Positions 52,571 to 64,000 of a DNA stretch of 64,000 nt are shown here, in pieces. The notes under the pieces are model-generated. The model ran no database searches. It was given only the letters and a program-made list of their open reading frames with translations, and had not been told where the DNA came from. The position numbers were made by a program, and so were the translations under genes. Origin of the DNA: Antedon mediterranea (lineage: Eukaryota > Animalia > Echinodermata); the NCBI RefSeq assembly GCF_964355755.1, contig NC_092674.1, positions 17,360,001 through 17,424,000 of the forward strand, given 5' to 3'. The stretch's first letter is position 1. Each line of letters opens with the position of its first letter.

Positions 52571-55503
52571 TGCAAATACATAGTAGAATAATCAGTGAAT
52601 TGTCTAGTCAAAATGTAGTTGATTAGTCAGTAACAGTTTAGATAATTTAAACTGCAAATACATAGTAGAATAATCAGTGAATTGTCTAGTCGAAATGTAG
52701 TTGATTAATCAGTAACAGTTTAGAGAATTTAAACTGCAAATACATAGTAGAATAATCAGTGAATTGTCTAGTCAAAATGTAGTTGATTAGTCAGTAACAG
52801 TTTAGATAATTTAAACTGCAAATACATAGTAGAATAATCAGTGAATTGTCTAGTCGAAATGTAGTTGATTAATCAGTAACAGTTTAGAGAATTTAAACTG
52901 CAAATACATAGTAGAATAATAAGTGAATTGTCTAGTCAAAAGTAGTTGATTAGTCAGTAACAGTTTAGATAATTTAAACTGCAAATACATAGTAGAATAA
53001 TCAGTGAATTGTCTAGTCAAAAGTAGTTGATTAGTCAGTAACAGTTTAGATAATTTAAACTGTGTGTAAATAGTACAATAATCAATGAATTGTCTAGTCA
53101 AAATACAGTTGATTATTCAGTAACAGTTTAGAGAATTTAAACTGCAAATACATAGTAGAATAATCAGTGAATTTTTTAGTCAAAAGACAGTTGATTATTC
53201 AGTAACAGTTTAGAGAATTTAAACTGCAAATACATAGTAGAATAATCAGTGATTTTTTTAGTCAAAAGACAGTTGATTATTCAGTAACAGTTTAGAGAAT
53301 TTAAACTGCAAATACATAGTAGAATAATCAGTGAATTTTTTAGTCAAAAGACAGTTGATTATTCAGTAACAGTTTAGAGAATTTAAACTGCAAACACATA
53401 GAATAATCAGTGAATTGTCTAGTCAAAAGACAGTTGATTATTCAGTAACAGTTTAGATAATTTAAACTGCAAATACATAGTAGAATAATCAGTGAATTGT
53501 CTAGTCAAAATGTAGTTGATTAGTCAGTAACAGTTTAGATAATTTAAACTGCAAATACATAGTAGAATAATCAGTGAATTGTCTAGTCAAAAGACAGTTG
53601 ATTATTCAGTAACAGTTTAGAGAATTTAAACTGTAAATACATAGTAGAATAATCAGTGAATTGTTTAGTCAAAAGACCGTTTATTATTCAGTAACAGTTT
53701 AGAGAATTTAAACTGCAAATACATAGTAGAATAATCAGTGAATTGTTTAGTCAAAATACAGTTGATTATTCAGTAACAGTTTAGATAATTTAAACTGCAA
53801 ATACATAGTAGAATAATCAGTGAATTGTTTAGTCAAAAGACAGTTGATTAGTCAGTAACAGTTTAGGGAATTTAAACTGTGTGTAAATAGTAGAATAATC
53901 AGTGAATTGTCTAGTCAAAAGACCGTTTATTATTCAGTAACAGTTTAGATAATTTAAACTGCAAATACATAGTAGAATAATCAGTGAATTGTTTAGTCAA
54001 AAGACAGTTGATTAGTCAGTAACAGTTTAGGGAATTTAAACTGTGTGTAAATAGTAGAATAATCAGTGAATTGTCTAGTCAAAAGACCGTTTATTATTCA
54101 GTAACAGTTTAGATAATTTAAACTGCAAATACATAGTAGAATAATCAGTGAATTGTTTAGTCAAAAGACAGTTGATTAGTCAGTAACAGTTTAGGGAATT
54201 TAAACTGTGTGTAAATAGTAGAATAATCAGTGAATTGTCTAGTCAAAAGACCGTTTATTATTCAGTAACAGTTTAGATAATTTAAACTGCAAATACATAG
54301 TAGAATAATCAGTGAATTGTTTAGTCAAAAGACAGTTGATTAGTCAGTAACAGTTTAGAGAATTTAAACTGTGTGTAAATAGTAGAATAATCAATGAATT
54401 GTTTAGTCAAAATACAGTTGATTATTCAGTAACAGTTTAGAGAATTTAAACTATGTGTAAATAGTAGAATAATCAATGAATTGTCTAGTCAAAATACAGT
54501 TGATTATTCAGTAACAGTTTAGAGAATTTAAACTGCAAATACATAGTAGAATAATCAGTGAATTGTCTAGTCAAAATGTAGTTGATTAGTCAGTAACAGT
54601 TTAGAGAATTTAAACTGCAAATACATAGTAGAATAATCAGTGAATTGTCTAGTCAAAATGTAGTTGATTATTCAGTAACAGTTTAGATAATTTAAACTGT
54701 AAATACATAGTAGAATAATCAGTGAATTGTTTAGTCAAAAGACCGTTTATTATTCAGTAACAGTTTAGAGAATTTAAACTGCAAATACATAGTAGAATAA
54801 TCAGTGAATTGTCTAGTCGAAATGTAGTTGATTAGTCAGTAACAGTTTAGAGAATTTAAACTGCAAATACATAGTAGAATAATCAGTGAATTGTCTAGTC
54901 AAAAGTAGTTGATTAGTCAGTAACAGTTTAGATAATTTAAACTGCAAATACATAGTAGAATAATCAGTGAATTGTTTAGTCAAAAGACAGTTGATTAGTC
55001 AGTAACAGTTTAGAGAATTTAAACTGTAAATACATAGTAGAATAATCAGTGAATTGTTTAGTCAAAAGACCGTTTATTATTCAGTAACAGTTTAGAGAAT
55101 TTAAACTGTAAATACATAGTAGAATAATCAGTGAATTGTTTAGTCAAAAGACAGTTGATTATTCAGTAACAGTTTAGAGAATTTAAACTGTAAATACATA
55201 GTAGAATAATCAGTGAATTGTTTAGTCAAAAGACAGTTGATTATTCAGTAACAGTTTAGATAATTTAAACTGCAAATACATAGTAGAATAATCAGTGAAT
55301 TGTCTAGTCAAAAGTAGTTGATTAGTCAGTAACAGTTTAGAGAATTTAAACTGCAAATACATAGTAGAATAATAAGTGAATTGTCTAGTCAAAAGACAGT
55401 TGATTATTCAGTAACAGTTTAGAGAATTTAAACTGCAAATACATAGTAGAATAATCAATGGACTGTATAGTCAAAATGTAGTCAGTAACAGTTTAGATAA
55501 TTT
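52571..55503. repeat. 82-bp tandem satellite (~36 units)
   Basis: Unit AAACTGCAAATACATAGTAGAATAATCAGTGAATTGTCTAGTCAAAATGTAGTTGATTAGTCAGTAACAGTTTAGATAATTT. TACATAG occurs at 52741 and 52823. An alternating dimer variant (CTGTGTGTAAAT/GACCGTTT) spans ~53.85-54.35 kb. Confidence 0.98.
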
Positions 55504-56012
55504 CCAAGGATATCCTTATAACCCTTTTTAAAAATTGGAGTCACTTGTGCCACCTTCAAGTCATCATGAAAAACACCTGTGACAAGTTATAAGTTAATAA
55601 TATATGTTAATGGCTTTGCAATAACAATAGATGAATCCTTAATTAATCTAGCAGATAACTGGTCATGTCAAGTGGACTTTTTTATATCTATATTTCTTAA
55701 TAATTCTTTAAATTCTAAAACAGGTTTCCAAAATAAAAGAGGAACTAATTGAATTTTTCAAATAATCATTGGAACTTTTTTGAGAACAATCAATCTTGCT
55801 TGCTAATTTCTGCCGATATTTACAAAATAATCATTAAACAAGTCGGCTTTTTGTTCATTGGAATTACATTCAATATTAACATCATTTAATGATTCTTTAA
55901 GTTTATCTGGAATAATTTCATGAACAGTCTGACTTTTGCCTTTAAGAATACTATTTATAATTCCCCCATGTTTTAGTAGTATTACTATTTGTTTTTTACT
56001 TTTCATAAACAA
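55504..56012 (-). mobile_element. Degenerate CR1/L2-group non-LTR retrotransposon ORF2 fragment (region preceding RT)
   Basis: The minus strand reads QKADLFNDYFVNIG and KST*HDQLSARLIKDSSIVIAKPLTYIINL*LVTGVFHDDLKVAQVTPIFKKG, with in-frame stops. Confidence 0.85.
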
Positions 56013-56018
56013 ATCACC

Positions 56019-57168
56019 ATTTAAACCATGGAGTTATATTTACTCCATGTTTAAACAAAACGTGTGTGGTTTTTTAGATATTAGTTGCTTAGTTGATTTA
56101 AACAAAACATGTGTCATGATTTAATCAGTAATTGTTGAACTGATTTAAACCATGGAGTTATATTTACTCCATGTTTAAACAAAACATGTGTGGTTTTTTA
56201 GACATTAGTTGCTTAGTTGATTTAAACAAAACATGTGTCATGGTTTAATAAGTAAGTGTTGAACTGATTTAAACAAAACATGTGTCATGGTTTAATCAGT
56301 AATTGTTGACCTGATTTAAACAAAACATATGTCATGGTTTAATCATTAATTGTTGACCTGATTTAAACAAAACATGTGTTGTGGTTTAATCAGTTTGCTT
56401 AGTTGATTTAAACAAAACATGTGTCATGGTTTAATCAGTAATTGTTGAACTGATTTAAACCATGGAGTTATATTTACTCCATGTTTAAACAAAACATGTG
56501 TGGTTTTTTAGACATTAGTTGCTTAGTTGATTTAAACAAAACATGTGTCATGGATAAGTAATTGTTGACCTGATTTAAACAAAACATATGTCATGGTTTA
56601 ATCAGTAATTGTTGACCTGATTTAAACAAAACATGTGTGGTGGTTTAATCAGTTTGCTTAGTTGATTTAAACAAAACATGTGTCCTGGTTTAATCAGTAA
56701 TTGTTGAACTGATTTAAACCATAGAGTTATATTTACTCCATGTTTAAACAAAACATGTGTGGTTTTTTAGACATTAGTTGCTTAGTTGATTTAAACAAAA
56801 CATGTGTCATGGATAAGTAATTGTTGACCTGATTTAAACAAAACATATGTCATGGTTTAATCAGTAATTGTTGACCTGATTTAAACAAAACATGTGTGGT
56901 GGTTTAATCAGTTTGCTTAGTTGATTTAAACAAAACATGTGTCCTGGTTTAATCAGTAATTGTTGAACTGATTTAAACCATAGAGTTATATTTACTCCAT
57001 GTTTAAACAAATCATGTGTGGTTTTTTAGACATTAGTTGCTTAGTTGATTTAAACAAAACATGTGTCATAGTTTAATCAGTAATTGCTGACCTGATTTAA
57101 ACAAAACATGTGTCATGGTTTAATCAGAATTGTTGAACTGATTTAAACAACATATGTACTGTGGTTAT
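56019..57168. repeat. 45-47-bp tandem repeat with ~259-bp higher-order unit and periodic hairpin variant
   Basis: Unit GATTTAAACAAAACATGTGTCATGGTTTAATCAGTAATTGTTGACCT. The hairpin variant CATGGAGT-TATATTT-ACTCCATG occurs at ~56027, 56151, 56461, 56720 and 56979. A degenerate continuation lies at 58754-58850. Confidence 0.95.
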
Positions 57169-57249
57169 TTAGGGTATGTCCAGACTCTTGGCCTAACACT
57201 TAAATTGTTACAAAACCATTGGTGTTGAAAAAGCTGTATATGGTTTTGA

Positions 57250-57510
57250 CCGTTCAGTTAGGAACCTTCTACATCAATCTAATTTCGTTATAAATTTAGT
57301 AGTACCAACCCTGCCTATTATTTCATTTATCCGTGGCATTGGATATGCATTTTTTTGTAATTCATGTTAAAGCGAGCTGTACCGTCCCGTTTTGGACAGT
57401 GAGACTCTTCTTTTACTTTGCCTAACTTAGCCTGATGAATTGGATAAGCTTTTTGTCTAACTGGGTGTACGTCATGCTTTATTACAGTAGTTTTTCCATG
57501 CGAATTTTCA
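57250..57510 (-). mobile_element. Ty3/Gypsy pol fragment (N-terminus of RT), internally deleted
   Basis: HGKTTVIKHDVHPVRQKAYPIHQAKLGKVKEE...CPKRDGTARFNMNYKKM, followed by KFITKLD, resembles the Gypsy G.T..I.H...P..Q..Y / PK.DG..RF..DY.K / F.TKLD motifs. Confidence 0.75.
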
Positions 57511-57516
57511 GTTATT

Positions 57517-58545
57517 ATGAACATTTCCATCTACATTCCGCACACTAATCTTGGAAAAGAGGTCCTTTGTGAAATAAATGATGTTATCTTAGATATTGAA
57601 GCCAAATACGCTGATGCTTATATTATAATAAATGATGATTTTAATCGCAATAATCAATCGCAATGGATCAATATTACACGAACGTTATACATTATTCTCA
57701 TTTATAGGGTACAAACACCAACACAGTGTCAGAATAATGTATTTTGATCTATCATCGGCCTTCATCTGTTGACAAATAATTTGATAAATGCCAACGTACC
57801 TAATAAGTTGAATGGCCTTGTACTTAATTTTGTTGACACATAGATATCAATATATTAAACTGAACAGCGAAGTTAAATATGAAATTATTGTTTAGTAACA
57901 CAGGTTCCCCACAGGGCACAGTTTTAGCCCCTTTCCTATTCACTGTGTTCACTTCAGACTTTAAGTCCGATCACCCAGATTGTCCTGTTATCAAATTAGC
58001 TGATGACACAGCCATCCTGGGTCAAACATGACAACTATGGTTATTATAAAGCTGAAATTGACCGGTTTGTAAGGTTTTTGGAATAAAAACCATCTTAAAC
58101 TTAATACTGCTATTCTAAGACCAAAGAAATGGTAATAGATTTTCGTAATAAATTTAGGGCATCTACTGATATTATTCATTCATTATTGATGGTAATCATG
58201 TAGAGATAGATTAAATTTTTCTGAATATTTAGAATATATTAGTAAGAAATTAAATACTCGTATGTAAATGCTTTTAATGTGAGTAACAAAACCATCAATA
58301 TCTTTTATACGTCAGTTGTTTGTGGGGTTTGGAGTTATTGCTTAACGGGATGGGGAGAAATTGCTTTTAACAAAGATAAAGAATTAATAGATCGTCTGAT
58401 TAGAAAAGTTAGCAGAATCACTTGTGTCTGTTTGCCTTCAGTTGACTATCTCTACAGAGTAAGGATAACAAATTTGTTTTCTCATATAAAAACTGATGAA
58501 CTTTATTTCCTCCATGATGTGGTTATCAGTCATACTATCCCTAGG
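57517..58545 (+). mobile_element. Rex/Babar-like (CR1 group) LINE ORF2 relic, collapsed by internal deletions
   Basis: Ordered fragments: endonuclease SIYIP...IINDDFN; RT RIMYFDLSSAF, TGSPQGTVLAPFLFTVFTSD, IKLADDTAILG, KTKEMVIDFR; C-terminal FYTSVVCGVWSYCLTGWG. Many frameshifts. Confidence 0.85.
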
Positions 58546-58871
58546 TGGACGTATCATGTGGGGAGAACCCAGTAGACTCCTGCGGTATCTCCCTATAAGC
58601 AAATAATAGGTACGGAAGCAATTTATTCCATTCCCGGGGATCATCCTGAACAAACCATACACTTAAGGGTGCCATTAAAGCTTTCCACTAATTCCTCGGT
58701 TTGTGGATGGTAGGGAGAAGTAGTACTTTTACGTCAAGAGTCTGAACATACCCTTAATAAGTAATTGTTAGTTGATTTAGACAAAACATGTCTCATCGTT
58801 TAATATTTAACATTAATTGTTTGTGTGGTGGTTTAATAACATATGTAGTTGATAAATTATTCATTATTGTA

Positions 58872-59315
58872 CAGTCAACTTTCCTAATACCGGACACCTG
58901 GCAGAATATGTTGGATTCCGTAACGGTTTGGTATTTGGAATGTGTTTTTTAACGAGTTTACATCCTGTTCCGCATAGCAGGAAGTCCGCTAAAGTGGATA
59001 AGCGTGCAACTATGTAGTGATTGTCTCAGTCAGCTAAATTAAAACAAAAGATTAAACCACATGTGCGGCTGCTTATGAAGCCCCTCAAACGATATGTTAT
59101 GCATGACTTGGCAAATAAAGCTATCCTGGTCCCATCACCTTATTGAAAATAGACCTGTCTGCTCAGTTACACAAAACTTTCCCTACATTCTTTGGAAAAT
59201 TCTCTTAATATTAAAAGCTTAGGAATTTGGGGTCTTCTGGTCCTCAAGACAATTCTGGTATTGGGAGAGTGTTCGGTTTTTTCAGTTCAGAGTCCAGTAT
59301 TTGGAGAGTCGACTA
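58872..59315. mobile_element. Tc1/mariner-superfamily (pogo/Tigger-like) MITE, 444 bp
   Basis: Imperfect 24-bp TIRs: CAGTCAACTTTCCTAATACCGGAC and GTCCAGTATTTGGAGAGTCGACTA. TA on both sides (58870-58871, 59316-59317). No ORF. Confidence 0.75.
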
Positions 59316-61538
59316 TATTATATTCATAGCATGTGTTAATAATGAATTGTTGAAATGTTATACTATTTTAAATGATTTAATAATGGAAATGTTAATTTAA
59401 GTTACAAAAAAAGAAAAAGAAAATTCTATAAAGTAATTAATGAAAACAGTAGTTTTGTCTTCTATGCAAGGAAAGACCTTTCAAGATGTTATATATGGAT
59501 CATCAAATCACAGACAGGTTAAACATAATTCTAGCATTCTGTAGCTTAATAGATTATTCAGAAAATTGGCAGAAATAGAACGTGAAGCCAATCCCAAGCA
59601 TATCCTAACATGGCAGTATTTTAGTTAATGATAAAGCCACCACAACATGCTACCTTATTATTTTCATATGTTTTGATGTTGATTAACATGTAGTTTGAGT
59701 TACTTTGAGTTTCTTTCAGAGTCATGGTTTTTAGCAGTCATTATTACAACAAACACATTTAGACCTGGTAAGTTATAACCACACTGTAGCTAGTTTGCAA
59801 AAACTATTTTACTTGTAATAGGTTATTTTTATTTCTGCTTTCTCCTTTTTAACACCAACTCTTCTGTATGTATACTCTGAGTATACGCTAATGTTAAATA
59901 CCCTAAAATAGCAGGGCATTATTTCAAAAAGCTGATCTAAACAAAAGGTTTAGTATAATTTTTACAAATATTGTTATAAATGAAAAAAAAAAAGTTATAA
60001 ATTATTAATTGACAGTGAATTATTATTTGTAATTGGGTAATATCTATCTATATATAGTTTGTCTATCAGTTGTCTAATAAATATAAACTGAAAACTCTAA
60101 TATTTTAATATGCCATTAATTTTCCACCAACAGTTAGTTGCTGTTAACATTCTGGATATTCTTCATCATAACATCCTTTTGCAGTTTAAAAGTAAGAGTT
60201 TACAATACGTATGTTTTGTATGCATGTGTTTTATTTAATTAAATGTCAAATTAAATAATAATACTGCACAACTTAACGAACTGTGTTGTATCAAATATGA
60301 GATGAAATATTTTGTTTCTGTTTTGTTTACTAGTAGGAGTGTTGACTATAATGCTTTGTTCACAATTCAACACAACACCCTTGTTACACGGCTGGTTCCC
60401 CCACCTGTGACTTCACATTCTATCTCTGGCACACAACATTATTAGTAAATTACAATGTGGCGTACGATTGAAAACTGTTGAGAACTCCTGCTTTATTATT
60501 GGTACCTGTGTTGTTTATTCTGACGCTAGTTATTACTAACTTCCCCCACATTACTGAACTCAGAACAACTGTATTTACATTGTTATACTTTCAGTTTCAT
60601 CTATGTGGGTTGGTGTTGAGGTCATTAATGATGACAACTATTGTAACTGGTTGCATTTACTGTATTCAGGTAATTCCCAAGGTAATCCATTAATCAATCA
60701 AATAAATTTTTATTCCATAATACTTAAAATAAGGTTGTGTTCAGAACATTGTGTGCATGCAGAGATATTAGGACGTCCTCCCTCACTCCTCAACTTGGCA
60801 GTTTTGATGTATTCTAGTTTCAGATGACCACCGACAACCTACCTAAGGTCAGATCAATCGAAAGGTAGTTTCTACAGAAGTTATTAAGGCAACACAATTA
60901 CCACCTGCACATTACGTTATAATCAATTTTATTTTTGGTTTTCCTTGTATAGTGTCATATGTCTTCCTGGAACTTTCTACGACAGAGATGTAATTCTACA
61001 TCAGAGATTCAGAGCACCTCGGGCCTGCCTGTCTTCCCTGTTGTATACTAGCAATTGTCACTTTTAAAGCAAAAAATGTCATATAATAACATAATGCTGT
61101 CTCTTCTCAATCATGCTCCATTTATGTTATGCTATGGTAGAATCATCTAATTTTATAGCTTCATGTTAGAATTACAAATTATATGGAATTCTCAGGATTA
61201 AATTAATTACAAACTCATCCGATGATCAAATCAAATATTGATACATTGAAGACTTGCTTAATGTAACTTTGGTTGAGATTCAAAGCATTTGTTTTTCTTC
61301 TCTTTTGTGGGTATCGCCCACCTTTATTCTTATTTCCCTTATAAAACATTTTCTCTTTATGGTCTTATGACGTCATTACAGCTTCTTTCGCTGTACCCCC
61401 ACATTCGTGCTTGTTTTTACATTGATGACCGAATAAATATTATTATTATTTACCTCATAAATTTTGTTTCTGTTTTGCAATACAATGCATAAAGTCTTAT
61501 AATTTATGTTGTTTTCATATTTTCTTAACAAAATTTAG

Positions 61539-62550
61539 GAACTTGAGGATTCCACTGGACTGGACAGCATTCCAGGCTGCTACCTTATGCAGTTTAAGGA
61601 AGACAGTGAAGTCATAAGTCAAAGTCATGCTGAACATGTCACAAAGTTGTGGAACAACCTGGATGCGTATGACAAAACCGTTAAGCGCAAAGCACGGCAT
61701 CATGATTACCTCACAAAAGGCAGGTTCAAGAAAAGTAAAACGACTGCTGTAATACCTGGTGTTGAAAGCACTCGACAGTAAGGCAGTTTCCTGCGTTTTT
61801 CACTTTGTAGGTTAACAGATGCTTCTTAGGTCAGAACACCGGACCAGCCCAATGGCCGGACTGCAATCGATATATGGAGTGCCTTATTACAAAACTATGT
61901 GAAGAGTATCCGCCTACCGTATATATCGGAGGGAAACATTTCCAGCGCTGGCCGCTAATCGGCAAAGGCTACAAAAACATTCGTCGGAAAGTGCTATCAA
62001 ATGGACACCTGATGTTGTTTGGTAAGCTTCAGTTGATGGAGATAAATCATACGACACTCATCCAGCGGTGAGTTTTAACTTGTTATTGATGTTATTACAG
62101 GTACAACAGAACATCAAAGAAGCAAGAGCAGCAAGTTTTGGAATCTGGCATCTCAGCAACAATACCCAAACTTGTCTCTGATAATACCCTACTTGAACCT
62201 TTAACCAATCCAGCGGTGCTAAACGATCCTGCAAGCGCTCCATCTCTCACATTTGTCCAACCAAAAAACACTTCCGGCCGAGCAACTCTAGGAAACAGAC
62301 TGTCGATCCCAGTTCCAGGCGAGATAGCAAACCCACCACCATCAGTCCCTGCGGCTAGTAGTACTCGCATTCCTAGAACTACCCTCTTGTACAGAAAACG
62401 AGTGGCTAAAGACATTGGAAACCGATCAAAATGTACAAACCAAGAATGTCTGTGATTGTGTGCTCAAAGTGTAAGCAACCAAGGTTAAATAAGAACCACA
62501 CTCAGTACTATGGAAATTGGTATTGTGCTGCAACATCTGATGAAGCATGA
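61539..62550 (+). pseudogene. 3' exons of a degraded spliced gene, tentatively the DUF6729-associated (probable transposon) protein family with a C-terminal Cys/His finger
   Basis: Exons 61539-61777, 61819-62067 and 62101 onward join in frame: GRFKKSK...PGVESTRQ|CFLGQNTGPAQWPDCNRYME...NHTTLIQR|YNRTSKKQEQQVL. A frameshift near 62.43 kb precedes CSKCKQPRLNKNHTQYYGNWYC, with TGA at 62548. The family call is from recalled motif resemblance only. Confidence 0.65.
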
Positions 62551-62788
62551 AATTCGGCTATTGGTTGCCACCCGTCACCATCGTCAAGAGTGGAAAAAAA
62601 AACAGCAACAAGAATGATTCCAAATGATTTTTGTAGCCATGGATAGAGTTTTTATACTGTTTCATATATATATATATCTTCTATTTTTTGTTTTGTTCTG
62701 TTATTTTATTTTCACTTTTTACAAAATATTTTATATTTTATGCAATTTGGCCATTGGGCCACCATATCTAATGGTTTTCTGAATGTGC

Positions 62789-62794
62789 AATAAA
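62789..62794 (+). terminator. Candidate polyadenylation signal for the 61.5-62.6 kb gene
   Basis: AATAAA ~240 bp after the last coding segment. The region is AT-rich, so this may be chance. Confidence 0.3.
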
Positions 62795-64000
62795 GTTAAT
62801 AAAAATAATAATAAAAAAAAAGTTTTTAATGCTGCCAAATCCAAAGAGCAATGGTTAATGTAGTGAATTATTTTGTAATTTTTATATTATTACAATAAGT
62901 TTATATAATTACATTATAATTTACATTAAATCATTCATTGCACTTTGTATTTGAAGGTCCCAAGCCCTTACAAAAAAGCAGAGGGGAAACTTTTGCAATG
63001 AAATGTGTACATTAAATTGTGATTTCTATATTCTTGTCATGAGTATTTTATATTTCAAGAGTAATTCCACTATAATTCATTTTAATATGAATCAAATATT
63101 TCCTTCCACGAATTCTAATATTTTTGATAAACATGTCTCGTCATATTAAAAAAAAGGATTTTATATTAATATTATTTAATATTTTTATTTATTTAATACA
63201 TTGATCATTTGATAATCCTCTAAAATGGACAGTTTTTAGTCTGCCGGTATTCAAAACCTCCTAGCTTCATTGGTCAATTGTCCAGTTTCCTCATTATGTT
63301 TTTACTTTGTATGTATATTTTATGATTTTCCTAATAAATTCAAATCAAATTAATTATTATTTCTTATTTTAAATAAATATTTATTGTTCATTGCATAATT
63401 CCCAGTCAAATTTAAGCATTTCATGTAATGGAATATTGACACTCTCTGTGTGATGTAATCAATAAAATTTTAAATATTGTATTGTGTTTTGTTTCACTCT
63501 TGAATTTTTTTTGTCTCTCAAATGATATTTATGGTAGATACGACAGTGTCTTCCTTTTATGAAATCGAAGGTAATGCTTTTAAAATGGTGTTTCAGAAGA
63601 TTTATTATTTTCTTTACAGTATGTTCTTTACATTAGGGTACACCATGACCATTTCTATCGGCACAGTTTACCTGGCATCAAATGAATATTTTTTAGTTTT
63701 TTCTAGTAATTTGATTTGGTTTCGGCTGACCTAATTTGTAAATTTTTTTCTGAAAATTGTTTTTATTGACGATTGTCTATAAGAGATGTGTTTTTTGTTG
63801 GTAAGTAGGGATGCGGCAACAGACATGATCAGTGGCCGAAATTCACTGAGCTGTTTATTAGCCAATGAGGTTGATGTCCCGATAGCCGCAACACCAAATG
63901 TTGATGATTGATAGAAAATACTAATTTACAACAGAAAAACAGAACAACTTGTACGGAATGTAAACTTGATCGATGGCCTCATCCAACAAGACCTTATCCT

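Larger units (their letters stand above)
57172..58753. mobile_element. Non-autonomous PIF/Harbinger-type TIR element (1582 bp) containing retroelement fragments
   Basis: Left end GGGTATGTCCAGACTCTTG and right end CAAGAGTCTGAACATACCC form a 19-bp TIR with 1 mismatch. TTA flanks both ends (57169-57171, 58754-58756), matching the TWA TSD of PIF/Harbinger. Confidence 0.85.

Noticed and set aside
52850-53101. 83-aa minus-strand ORF
   Set aside because: Translation of 81-bp satellite variants.
42335-57168. CRISPR-like interpretation of the 139-, 82- and 47-bp arrays
   Set aside because: Units repeat along their whole length with no unique spacers, the context is eukaryotic, and there are no cas genes.
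39165-58545. DIRS/Ngaro retrotransposon (YR plus RT)
   Set aside because: The YR gene is intron-rich, and the nearby RT fragments are LINE and Gypsy relics in mixed orientation, two of them inside a separate TIR element.
62058-62415. Minus-strand ORFs of 61 and 106 aa
   Set aside because: Antisense shadows of the plus-strand exon, which has splice sites and motif continuity.
63500-64000. Possible minus-strand coding remnant (DKVLLDEAIDQVYIP) and 70-aa plus ORF
   Set aside because: Short, interrupted, truncated by the window edge, and no family recognised with confidence.

Overview
Eukaryotic (animal-like, AT-rich, intron-dense) genomic DNA in two parts. Bases 1-38127 are a single purine-rich 19-bp satellite (CAGCGAGAGAGAGATAGAT) with nested higher-order variant cassettes. 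Directly after it, a spliced + strand gene of roughly 15-20 exons (~39.2-52.5 kb) encodes an acidic tract, two C2H2 zinc fingers and a tyrosine recombinase with recognisable R-K-(T)xxR-H-Y catalytic motifs (Crypton-like). Its introns hold three arrays of a tRNA-derived 139/~188-bp repeat. Downstream are an 82-bp satellite, a CR1/L2-group LINE relic, a 47-bp satellite interrupted by a PIF/Harbinger-type TIR element (TTA TSD) carrying Gypsy and Rex/Babar RT fragments, a pogo/Tigger-like MITE, and a degraded spliced gene (tentatively DUF6729-associated family) with 33- and 41-nt introns. Exons were inferred by eye from GT-AG sites and frame continuity. The recombinase core (44967-50127) is well supported; the N-terminal exon chain is only partly resolved.
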